NCBI GenBank assembly: GCA_043819135.1
Contig: JBDRFG010000062.1
Coordinates: 1 to 35,653 of the forward strand
Source of the DNA: Candidatus Eiseniibacteriota bacterium
Lineage (GTDB): Bacteria > Joyebacterota > Joyebacteria > Joyebacterales > Joyebacteraceae
Length of the DNA stretch: 35,653 nt
Direction: 5' to 3'
A program made the translations under genes and the position numbers. The notes under the pieces were generated by a model, which was not told the DNA's origin, ran no database searches, and saw only the letters and a program-made list of their open reading frames with translations. Positions 25,322 to 33,514 of the stretch are shown here, piece by piece (the stretch's first letter is position 1; each line of letters starts with the position of its first letter).

Positions 25322-25396
25322 TCAGCCGAGGAACGGCGATGCAATTCCGATGAGCAGGATCACGACCATTACCTTTGTCTTCGCCGCACTCGGCAT
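25322..25396 (-). CDS. Putative small hydrophobic peptide, 24 aa (MPSAAKTKVMVVILLIGIASPFLG)
   Basis: ATG preceded by GAGGTTGAGGAA; basic N-terminus then hydrophobic stretch; too short to appear in the ORF track. Confidence 0.4.
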   Translation of the reverse strand: MPSAAKTKVMVVILLIGIASPFLG

Positions 25397-25559
25397 TTCC
25401 TCAACCTCTATGTGATCTCCGCGGGGACTTCCGCGGTGGTCTCATAAACGGAAGGAGAAGCAGACCAAAGAGCGACCGGACTCGCCCCCCCTGCGTATCT
25501 AACACCCTGGCCGCCTCTCCCTCCGTATTCCGTTGTCAAGTCATCCACATACTCTTAGG

Positions 25560-25575
25560 GCATCAAGTGTGCCAA
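25560..25575 (-). promoter_or_regulatory. Putative sigma54 promoter pointing into the RiPP cluster
   Basis: Minus strand TTGGCACACTTGATGC: TGGCAC -24 box and GG-N10-GC spacing; -12 box ATGC instead of TTGC. Confidence 0.65.
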
Positions 25576-25766
25576 GTGTGCCAGAAATGGCCGCTCAATC
25601 GGAAAGGACGTCGCCTCTCTAACCACTGATACCCAAATCACTTACGACCGCTCGACGACGCGTGCCAGACGTTACTGACTCCGCTTCAGGACACGATTCG
25701 GACGCCCTTTCAGATATCTCGTAGGACCGGGACTGTAACCCCCTGACTCTCAAACAGTTGCGGCAC

Positions 25767-25801
25767 CGTCAAGATCTGGACGGTCCGTCAGGTTCCTGAC
25801 G
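25767..25801. promoter_or_regulatory. Tandem palindromic sites CGTCA-N6-TGACG (candidate enhancer/UAS)
   Basis: CGTCAAGATCTGGACG (25767-25782, one mismatch) and CGTCAGGTTCCTGACG (25786-25801, perfect), about 200 bp upstream of the sigma54 box. Confidence 0.55.
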
Positions 25802-25922
25802 CGCCGGTGGGCCGCCCATGGGTGCCGGCGGACCCCGACGGCCGATGGCCCCTAGCCGGGCCGGCCACGCACGCGCGGCGCGGTGCCGGGCGCGCAGGCT
25901 GCCTGGCTGGCGGCACCATGGA

Positions 25923-25955
25923 AACACCCCCGGCGCGTCGCGCCCCGGGGGTGTT
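25923..25955 (-). terminator. Hairpin downstream of the TPR-sigma54 activator gene
   Basis: 11-bp inverted repeat AACACCCCCGG / CCGGGGGTGTT about 45 nt after the stop at 26001. Confidence 0.55.
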
Positions 25956-26000
25956 GGGACTCTCTCTGTATGGACTCGGGACGTGCCCGTTCAGCGGGCT

Positions 26001-29000
26001 CTACCCGATCCCGTACTTCCTCATCTTGGCATGGAGGCCCGGCCGCGAGAGCCCCAGGAGGTCCGCAGCGGCCTGCTTGTTCCAGCCGGTCCTGCCGAGA
26101 GCCTCAAGGATGCGGCTCTTCTCCAGCGCCTCCACCTCGTCCTTCAGTGAACGCCTCAGCGCCTCGTCCGAGCGGAGCCCGGTCTGGTACTGGTCGCGGA
26201 GCTCGGGACGAACCTTGTCGATACCGATGACATCATTGTCCGCCGCAAGCGCCACTCCCCTGCGCACGTCGTTCTCGAGTTCGCGGACGTTGTTGCCGCG
26301 CCAGTCGTGCTTCGTGAACAGCTCGCGCACCTCGCGGCTGAACCCGGGGATCGACTTCCCCTCGCGCTCGCAGTAGAGCTTGAGGAAGTGCTCCATAAGG
26401 AGCGGGATGTCGTCCGGACGGTCCCTGAGCGGCGGGATCTCGATGACGACCGCGCAGAGCCTGTAGAAGAGGTCGCGCCTGAACCGGCCTTCCTTGACCT
26501 CCTCGGCCAGGTCCTTGTTGGTCGCGGAGATGACGCGCGCGTCGCTGGTCCGGGTCACGTTCTCCCCGACTCTGCGATACTCGCCGTTCTGCAGGAACCG
26601 GAGCAGCTTCACCTGCAGCTGGGGGCTCATCTCGCCGATCTCATCCAAGAAGAGCGTCCCCTGGTCGGCAACCTGCACCAGGCCCTCGCGGTCACGGTCT
26701 GCGTCGGTGAACGAGCCCTTGACGTGGCCGAACAGCTCGCTCTCCTGCAAATGCTGCGCGATCGCGCCCGCGTTCAAAGCGACGAACTTGCCGGTCTTGC
26801 TCCGCCCGCCCTGATGGATGGCGCGAGCGATGATGTCCTTGCCGACGCCCGACTCGCCGCGGACGACGATGGGCACCCGGCTATCCCTTAGCCGGTCGAC
26901 GCTCGCGAGGATCCGCTGCATCTCGGGGTTCCTGGTGATGAACCCTGATGACTCGGGTGATGTCCCGAGCTCTTCGGCGAGACGGCCGTTCGCTTCCCAC
27001 GCGCTCGATTCGCCCAGTCGCGAGCAGGCAACGCCCAGCATCCTTGCGGCGGCGCCGATGAACTCGATGTCGCTCTGGGTGAAGGGTGTCGAACGCTCGC
27101 TAACGAAGCGGTCCGCATACAGGACATATGAGCGGTCGCGGCGGAACCCGACCTTGGCCGGGATGAGCGCGACGGCGCCTACGTCCTGCGGCGCGCCCCC
27201 GTCGGAGGAACGCCCGTCGCTGATCACGAGAGGTCTGGCGTGCCCGCGCGCGGCCAGAGTGGTGCGGACGAACCGTGTGGCCTCGACAACGCCCCTGCCG
27301 GACCGGTCCACGGAAGTGGCAATGACCGGCGCCGCGCCCTCGGTGAGCGAGAAGAGCAGCAGCCTGTCGGCGACCAGCACGTCGGCGATCTCTTCGGCGA
27401 ACTGATGGAGATCCTCCGCGCGCGGCTCCGCGGTCTCGAGGAACCTGTATCCCTCTGCTATGGTCGAGTACCTCGCCTGCAGCGACACCGCCGCGTCGGC
27501 GAGCCCCGCGTCCAGCTCTCTGAGTATTGCGTCGACCTCGGCCAGGCCCTGCGTATCGTGCCCGACCTCAAACTTCAGCCGCGACCTCTCGAGCCATGTT
27601 CTGGCGCGGTCGGGCTGGCCGCCCCTCTGAAGCGCCTTCCCGCGCTCGAGCTGGCAGCGCGCGACCCAGCCGCCGGCCCCGACCCTGGTGAAGATGGCCT
27701 CTGCCGCCGAAAAGCGCGCCTCGATCCTGTCGAGGGGAAGCTGACCCTGCGGCGCCGAGTCCCTGAGGCCCACACCGTCGGCCATGGCGGTCCTGGCGAG
27801 TTCCATCGACTCGCCTATCCTGCGCAGCATCTCCTCGGCCCGCGTGATCAGCACCTCGGCGGCTGTCGCCTCACCCTTCGCGTAGCAGACGCTGGCCAGC
27901 ACGCGCAGGGTGGCGCCCTCCTCGAGCTTGTCGCCGATCTCACGAGTGAGCTTGATGGCCTCCGAGCAGTCGCGTTCGGACTCCTCGAGCCTGCCGAGTC
28001 TGAACAGAACGTCGGCGCGGCGGCGAAGCACCTCGCCCACGACGTCACTGTTCGAAGACAGCCTGTAGGCGCATCCCAGAGCCCTGTTCAGGGTTCCGAG
28101 CGCGTCCTCGTTCCTGTCCTGGTCCATTTCGAGGTGGCCGATGAACTCGAGCGCCAGCGCCTCGGCCCGGAGGTATCCGCGCTCCTGACTCGTATGAAGC
28201 GCCTCGTCGAAGAGGCCGCGCGCCCTGCCCCACTCGCGCCGCTCGCGGCACACGTTGCCGAGCGCCGTCGAGGCCGCGACGAAACCTCTGGTCGCGCCGA
28301 TTCTCGAATAGATGTCACGCGCCTCGTTCAGATGGCCCTCGGACTCGGCCCAGCGCGACAGCTTGTAGAGGATGATGCCGAGGTTGGTCAGCCTGTCGGC
28401 TATCGCGGCCGAACGTCCGAGCCGTCTGTCGATCTCGAGCGCATCTTCCAGGTGCTCGAGCGCGCCGTTCAGATCGCCCATGCGCTTCGCGAGAATGCCG
28501 AGGTTGTTGTAGGCCGAGGCGAGCCCGGCCTCGTCGCCCAGACGCTTCTGCGAGACGAGGTAGTCGGTGAAGTAGTCGCGAGCCGCGGTGATGTTGCCGA
28601 GCTCTGCGTTGGCTATGCCGAGGGCCTTGCCGGCCTCGGCGAGCAGAGGATTGTCGGGAGACATCCTCAGGGTTTCGTACGCCTTCTGAGCGGCTCGGAG
28701 CGCCTCGTCGTAGCGGCCGCTCTCGATCTCGACCCTCGCGAGGACGACGTTCGCCTCGGCCCAGACCGAGGTCGCGTTCTCATCGAGTTCGAGGTCGTCA
28801 AGCTTGGCGCAGTAGTTACGCGCGCTCCTGTAGTCGCCAAGACCCAGGTGGCACCTCGCGATGCGCACGAAGAGCCCTGCGGCTTCCATGTCGGAGAGCT
28901 CAGCTCCGAGTTCCCCTCCACCTGCCTGAACGAAGTAGCCAAGCGCGTCCGAGTAGCTGTCGGACCCGAGATAGACGTCTCCGAGTCGGATGGCCGTCAG

Positions 29001-29093
29001 CGCCGCATCCCTTGCGCTGCGCGATTCCATCGCCTTTCGGAACGCCTCCAGCATCTCGCGTTCCCGGCTATTGTCCGGTCGCTGACGTGCCAA
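26001..29093 (-). CDS. TPR-repeat sigma54-dependent transcriptional activator (TPR - GAF-like - AAA+ - Fis HTH)
   Basis: TPR motifs (ASAYNNLGILAKRMGD, LTNLGIILY), GESGVGKD, ESELFGHVKGSFTDA, LFLDEIGE, RRDLFYRL, NVRELEN, C-terminal HTH; no receiver domain. Confidence 0.9.
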   Translation of the reverse strand: MARQRPDNSREREMLEAFRKAMESRSARDAALTAIRLGDVYLGSDSYSDALGYFVQAGGGELGAELSDMEAAGLFVRIARCHLGLGDYRSARNYCAKLDDLELDENATSVWAEANVVLARVEIESGRYDEALRAAQKAYETLRMSPDNPLLAEAGKALGIANAELGNITAARDYFTDYLVSQKRLGDEAGLASAYNNLGILAKRMGDLNGALEHLEDALEIDRRLGRSAAIADRLTNLGIILYKLSRWAESEGHLNEARDIYSRIGATRGFVAASTALGNVCRERREWGRARGLFDEALHTSQERGYLRAEALALEFIGHLEMDQDRNEDALGTLNRALGCAYRLSSNSDVVGEVLRRRADVLFRLGRLEESERDCSEAIKLTREIGDKLEEGATLRVLASVCYAKGEATAAEVLITRAEEMLRRIGESMELARTAMADGVGLRDSAPQGQLPLDRIEARFSAAEAIFTRVGAGGWVARCQLERGKALQRGGQPDRARTWLERSRLKFEVGHDTQGLAEVDAILRELDAGLADAAVSLQARYSTIAEGYRFLETAEPRAEDLHQFAEEIADVLVADRLLLFSLTEGAAPVIATSVDRSGRGVVEATRFVRTTLAARGHARPLVISDGRSSDGGAPQDVGAVALIPAKVGFRRDRSYVLYADRFVSERSTPFTQSDIEFIGAAARMLGVACSRLGESSAWEANGRLAEELGTSPESSGFITRNPEMQRILASVDRLRDSRVPIVVRGESGVGKDIIARAIHQGGRSKTGKFVALNAGAIAQHLQESELFGHVKGSFTDADRDREGLVQVADQGTLFLDEIGEMSPQLQVKLLRFLQNGEYRRVGENVTRTSDARVISATNKDLAEEVKEGRFRRDLFYRLCAVVIEIPPLRDRPDDIPLLMEHFLKLYCEREGKSIPGFSREVRELFTKHDWRGNNVRELENDVRRGVALAADNDVIGIDKVRPELRDQYQTGLRSDEALRRSLKDEVEALEKSRILEALGRTGWNKQAAADLLGLSRPGLHAKMRKYGIG

Positions 29094-29136
29094 AGCAGGC
29101 CCCGCAGTCAGATTGCTTTCCAGGTCCTTCTTGCGC

Positions 29137-29484
29137 CTACAGCAGTACTACGAGGAAACCGAAGAGGGTCCTGATCTCGATACGAAGCACGCCGAGACGT
29201 CCGAGCAGCCGTGCTTCGTCGATCACATCGTCGTCCTCTTCGTCACCGCCGGTCGCGGCCGGGTCGCCGTTGGTCCTGCCAATAACGGTGTTGTTGCCCC
29301 AACGGTCATCGTCGCCGCCGTCGATGTCCTCGCCGTCGTCACCGTCCTTGAAAGTGGTGACAGTTGTCACGCTGTCACCAGTGACTGACGGGCGCTGCAG
29401 CGTCGCTGAGCCTGCAGGAACACTGCAGAGGCCAAGACTCAGCGCGAGGACCACAAGCAGGCCGAGAATTCTCCTCGTACTCAC
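29137..29484 (-). CDS. Small secreted acidic protein, 115 aa
   Basis: GTG start behind AAGGAGG; signal peptide MSTRRILGLLVVLALSLGLCSVPAGSA; Asp/Gly-rich middle with GGDDDRWG; hydrophobic C-terminus. Confidence 0.7.
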   Translation of the reverse strand: MSTRRILGLLVVLALSLGLCSVPAGSATLQRPSVTGDSVTTVTTFKDGDDGEDIDGGDDDRWGNNTVIGRTNGDPAATGGDEEDDDVIDEARLLGRLGVLRIEIRTLFGFLVVLL

Positions 29485-29662
29485 TGCCTTCCTCCTTGTG
29501 GTTGCTGTCTGGAGATCTCCAAACAAACAGAACTAAACAAAACTCGAGGTCGCGTCATCGTACGTCTTCATCGCCGGGATTGATGCGCCAATACTCCGCC
29601 CGGCGGCGGATTGACGCTGCTACTAGTGGGGGTGTCCGGTGGGCAACTGCTTGCCCAAGTCC

Positions 29663-29692
29663 ATACTACCACGATCGGGGCCAACCGGTCAA
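29663..29692 (-). promoter_or_regulatory. Putative sigma70 promoter for the small protein/activator pair
   Basis: Minus strand TTGACC-18 nt-TAGTAT with TGn extension; palindrome GGGCAA-N4-TTGCCC (29641-29656) immediately downstream. Confidence 0.5.
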
Positions 29693-29733
29693 GAGCCGCT
29701 CACGGATTCGGAGGCGGATTCAGCGAAGGCCGC

Positions 29734-30504
29734 TCAGGAACAGCCCATCCCCACCTTGTCTGACACGTGCCGGACCATCGGGTTCAGGCATCGCTCGAAC
29801 ATGAGCCGGCCTTTCTCGGCCGTCGCGGCCGACGGCCGCCCCTCGGCCCCGCTCCAGCCGGACTCCGGGGGAGCTGTCCCAATACCCTCGGGGAAAGCCC
29901 GGAACCGCGTTTCACACTCCTCCTCGCCATCCGCCGCCAGGTCCATCCGCACCAGATCCGGGTGCAGGAAGAGCATCAGGGAGGTCTCCGCCTCGCAGGC
30001 GTGCTCGACGCCATCCTGTTGAGTGAGGATGTCGCTGATGTCGGTCCAGTACGGAAAGAGGATGGAGACGTCGCAGAGCCCCTCCCCGCATGCCGGCTCC
30101 GCCAGGAGCGGCAGGGCGCCCTGCTTGAGCGCCTCCTGATGCGCGAAGGAATACCCGTCTATCGCGCAGCCGTGCGCCGTGACAATGAAGAACTGCCGGA
30201 ACCCCTGGCGCTCCCAGTCCTCCAGGACGTCGGTCACGAACGCCCTCAGGGCCTCGGGAGAGAACCCGGCGGTCCCCGGCACGAACCGGTCGCAGGGGAG
30301 GTTGACGCCGTAGCCAACGGTCGGGGCCGTCGCGACGCCCGTCGCCTCAGAGACACGGGTCGCGAACGCCTCCGCGATGAGTGTATCGGTGGCCAGCGGG
30401 AGATGCAGCCCGTGCTGCTCGCACGTGCCCACGGGGATGATGAGAGCCCGACACCTCTCGAGGTAGTCGGCGACGTCCTTCCAGCTCATCTCGGAGAGTC
30501 TCAT
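29734..30504 (-). CDS. Creatininase/creatinine amidohydrolase family protein
   Basis: IPVGTCEQHGLHLPLATD, AHG, HACEAETS, ATAEKG motifs. Confidence 0.9.
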   Translation of the reverse strand: MRLSEMSWKDVADYLERCRALIIPVGTCEQHGLHLPLATDTLIAEAFATRVSEATGVATAPTVGYGVNLPCDRFVPGTAGFSPEALRAFVTDVLEDWERQGFRQFFIVTAHGCAIDGYSFAHQEALKQGALPLLAEPACGEGLCDVSILFPYWTDISDILTQQDGVEHACEAETSLMLFLHPDLVRMDLAADGEEECETRFRAFPEGIGTAPPESGWSGAEGRPSAATAEKGRLMFERCLNPMVRHVSDKVGMGCS

Positions 30505-30590
30505 CTCTTGTCCTCGCGGGGAACGCGATCGGGGTCCGTCGTGACAGGGGCCGCGCGGGCGGGCGGGATAGCGCCATCAGTCCAGCGCGT

Positions 30591-31040
30591 CTAGAGAAGG
30601 AAATCGTCCATGTCCGAGTCGCGCTTCTTCGGGCGCTCTACGGTCGGGCGTTCCTCTGGTCTGGCGGGGCGTGGCCTCGTCACCGGCTGGACTCCGACCG
30701 GCAAAGGCTCGACGCCGGTCCCTCCCCCGGCGGTAGCGGGCCGTCCGCCTTCTGTGGCCCCGGCGTCCACCGCCCAGCGGGACATGAACTCGATGAAGTC
30801 GCGCAGGTTCCGGTCGCCGGTGTCCCAGTTCGCCTGGTACCAGACCCACCTGCCGTCCTTCTCCTCGACGGCGAGCCCGGCGTCCTTGAGCTTCCGAAGG
30901 TGATACGAGACCTGAGGCTGCGTCAGCCCCAGCTCGGCGACGATCTGGGAGACGTTCTTCCTGATGCCGAGAACGGCCAGAAAGACCGAGAGGCGGGTGG
31001 TGTCGCCCAGTTCCTGAAGAGCGGAGAAGGGCCGCAGCAT
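30591..31040 (-). CDS. ArsR/SmtB family transcriptional regulator with low-complexity tail
   Basis: LGDTTRL, QPQVSYHLRKLKDAGL..KDGRWVWY winged HTH. Confidence 0.88.
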   Translation of the reverse strand: MLRPFSALQELGDTTRLSVFLAVLGIRKNVSQIVAELGLTQPQVSYHLRKLKDAGLAVEEKDGRWVWYQANWDTGDRNLRDFIEFMSRWAVDAGATEGGRPATAGGGTGVEPLPVGVQPVTRPRPARPEERPTVERPKKRDSDMDDFLL

Positions 31041-31351
31041 GCTTCCGTCCGGTTGAGGTTCTGTACAGGAGTGACACTGATAGAGCTAGCACCGTCCGGC
31101 GAGCCAGTCAAGCGCAATGACGGAGCGCGTGGGCGGTTCCGCACGGTCGCGTGGCCGCACGCCGACCGCCGCCGTGGGCCAGCCATCACGGCCGGACCGT
31201 CCGTCACGACCGGAGAAACCTGTTCCCGTGGGCACCAGACCATTCTAGAATGGTCGAAACAGAGCATCTGCGGGAAGAGACGAAGAACACGCGAAGCGGG
31301 GGCACGGCGCCCGCACCGCTAGAGCGACGGTTCGCTCCGGAGGCAGTCACC

Positions 31352-32509
31352 GTGACGAAGCAGCATCCATCCAAACCCGATCTGAGAAAGCCGCGTCCAT
31401 CCAAGCCCGACCTGAGAAGGCCGCGTCCATCCAAGCCCGACCTGAGGGGGCTCTCGCTCGACGAGATCACGTCCCTCGTTCTGAAGCTTTCTGAGCCCGC
31501 CTACCGGGCGGGCCAGATCGCGGACTGGGTGTTCGCGAGAGGCGTACGAAGCTTCGACGAGATGACGAATCTCTCCAAGACCCTGCGCGAGAGGCTGTCG
31601 AAGAATGCGACGCTTTCCTGTGCTAGCGTAGTCGAGACTTACGAATCCAAAGCGAAGGCGGACGAGACCAAGAAGCTGCTGCTCAAGTACGCGGACGGCG
31701 CCAGAATCGAGGCCGTGTTGCTCAAGGACGAGGACAGGATCACGGGGTGCGTCTCGTCGCAGGTCGGCTGCAAGTACGGATGCTCGTTCTGCGCCACGGG
31801 CTCGATGGGATTCGCGCGCAACCTGACCGCGGGCGAGATCGTCGAGCAGGTGATCGCCCTTCGGGAGGCCGCTGCGCCCGAACGGCTCAGCAACGTGGTC
31901 TTCATGGGCATGGGCGAACCGCTCGACAACTACGACAGCGTGATGGCGGCTGTCAGGATCGCGAATGCCGAGTGGGGTCTCGGGATAGGCGCGCGCCGCA
32001 TAACCATCTCGACCGCCGGACACGTCCCCGGCATACAGAAACTCGCCAGGGAAGGTCTGCAGGTCCAGCTCGCTGTCTCTCTCAACGCGCCCAGACAGGG
32101 ACTGCGCTCCACGCTGATGCCGATCGCGGACATCTACTCGCTGACCCAACTCACCGATGCGATCGAACGCTACTCAGAGAGCACGGGACGCCGAGCAACG
32201 CTCGAATACGTGCTTCTTCGCGATATCAACGATTCACCCGAGTTGGCCGACGAGTTCGCCGCGATCGCCCGAGGGCTCCTATGCAAGGTCAATCTCATCT
32301 GTTATAATGAAGCTAAGGACTCAGTGTACGCACCCTCTACCGATACAGCAGTCGAGCAGTTCTTCTCGCGCGTGAGCGGGCGTTGCCCGACGGTCGTGAG
32401 GAGAATGAGCCGCGGCAGCGACATCGCCGCGGGCTGCGGGCAGCTGTGTGTCTCGCTCGACGGGATCCGACGGCCGCGAGCCGGACGGCGCCCCGGAGCG
32501 CGCCGTTGA
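31352..32509 (+). CDS. rlmN: 23S rRNA (adenine2503-C2)/tRNA dual-specificity methyltransferase RlmN
   Basis: CVSSQVGCKYGCSFCATG, NVVFMGMGEP, ISTAG, LAVSLNA, EYVLL..IND, RGSDIAAGCGQL; GTG start at 31352 behind GGAGG. Confidence 0.93.
   Translation: MTKQHPSKPDLRKPRPSKPDLRRPRPSKPDLRGLSLDEITSLVLKLSEPAYRAGQIADWVFARGVRSFDEMTNLSKTLRERLSKNATLSCASVVETYESKAKADETKKLLLKYADGARIEAVLLKDEDRITGCVSSQVGCKYGCSFCATGSMGFARNLTAGEIVEQVIALREAAAPERLSNVVFMGMGEPLDNYDSVMAAVRIANAEWGLGIGARRITISTAGHVPGIQKLAREGLQVQLAVSLNAPRQGLRSTLMPIADIYSLTQLTDAIERYSESTGRRATLEYVLLRDINDSPELADEFAAIARGLLCKVNLICYNEAKDSVYAPSTDTAVEQFFSRVSGRCPTVVRRMSRGSDIAAGCGQLCVSLDGIRRPRAGRRPGARR
31367..31448 (+). repeat. In-frame 30-bp tandem repeat (about 2.7 copies) at the rlmN 5' end
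   Basis: CCATCCAARCCCGAYCTGAG at 31367, 31397 and 31427, encoding PSKPDLR(K/R)PR. Confidence 0.85.
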
Positions 32510-32528
32510 CCTTCTGGTGGTGAGTGCA

Positions 32529-33344
32529 ATGGACAGACTGAGACCCCTGATCGCAGCGGCAATAACGGCGGCCCTCGTTTCCACGAGCGTCGCCGCGACC
32601 GATTCTCCAGCTCGCGAGAGCTCCGAGCTCGAGCTTGAGAGCCTGGTCCGCGAGATCGGGAACGTCCTCCCCCAATCGTGGCAGATCATCGAATCCGGCA
32701 TCGGACAAGTACCCATCGGGTGGACGGGCCCGGAGACCGGTCTCTACGTCATGGTCGAGGACACGAGCACGCGCTTCTTCCATCCTAACGGCTTCCACTA
32801 CTACTCCTTCTACAGAGTCTGGCTGATGCCGTCCGGGTGGGAGGGCGAAATGAGGCACACGCCCTACACAACCGACAGCGCGCCCGCGTTCCTGTTGGGG
32901 TTGAGCGCTGACTGCGTCGCACTGTACCACACGGCCGGCGGCAACGTCTGGGCCGACGGCCCCGCGGTATTCTGCTCGACGCTCGGTCTGAACGCGATCA
33001 GGTACTCCGACCTGACTCGGCGCGTGGTCGACCTGGAGATCGAGGGCCGGCTGACCGAGGCCGCCCACGCCGTCGACGACCGGGGGAACGAGCCCGCCTC
33101 GCGTTCGGAGGCCGCATCGTTCGAGATGAGCCCGTACCGGATCGTCGGACTCGCCGGCGACGGACCGGGACTGTATCTGGAGTACGTTTTCGGGAACGAG
33201 GACGACCCGGACGAGTCGCAGCTCGATGACCTGACCGAGCAGCTCGTGGGGAGTGTCTTCGAGAGATTCCCGGAGGTCGAGTCGCTCTATCTTCGCCGTT
33301 GCACGCGCGATACCTTCACTGATACTATCGTCAACCGCGACTGA
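32529..33344 (+). CDS. Secreted hypothetical protein
   Basis: Signal peptide MDRLRPLIAAAITAALVSTSVAA; codon usage like neighbouring genes; follows rlmN by about 20 nt. Confidence 0.7.
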   Translation: MDRLRPLIAAAITAALVSTSVAATDSPARESSELELESLVREIGNVLPQSWQIIESGIGQVPIGWTGPETGLYVMVEDTSTRFFHPNGFHYYSFYRVWLMPSGWEGEMRHTPYTTDSAPAFLLGLSADCVALYHTAGGNVWADGPAVFCSTLGLNAIRYSDLTRRVVDLEIEGRLTEAAHAVDDRGNEPASRSEAASFEMSPYRIVGLAGDGPGLYLEYVFGNEDDPDESQLDDLTEQLVGSVFERFPEVESLYLRRCTRDTFTDTIVNRD

Positions 33345-33514
33345 CGAAACTCCCACCATGGCCGCAGGGTCACACGTTCGGGAGTCGGCACTGCCGGCTG
33401 GGCGTGACCGTGCCCAGGCGGCGGCTCGGTGCACCCGCGGTCCAATGACAGCGAACCTGGGTGGCCGCGGTCCGCCAACACCTGCTCGGTTCGACAACAT
33501 CATGGAGGACGACC

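Noticed and set aside
25000..25344. 114-aa minus-strand ORF (and plus-strand 25375..25629) as real genes
   Set aside because: No clear RBS or recognisable motifs, and they overlap the hairpin array and promoter region; more likely non-coding
31082..31111. Sigma70 promoter for the ArsR gene (TTGACT-17 nt-TAGCTC)
   Set aside because: The -10 box lacks the conserved final T; too weak to call
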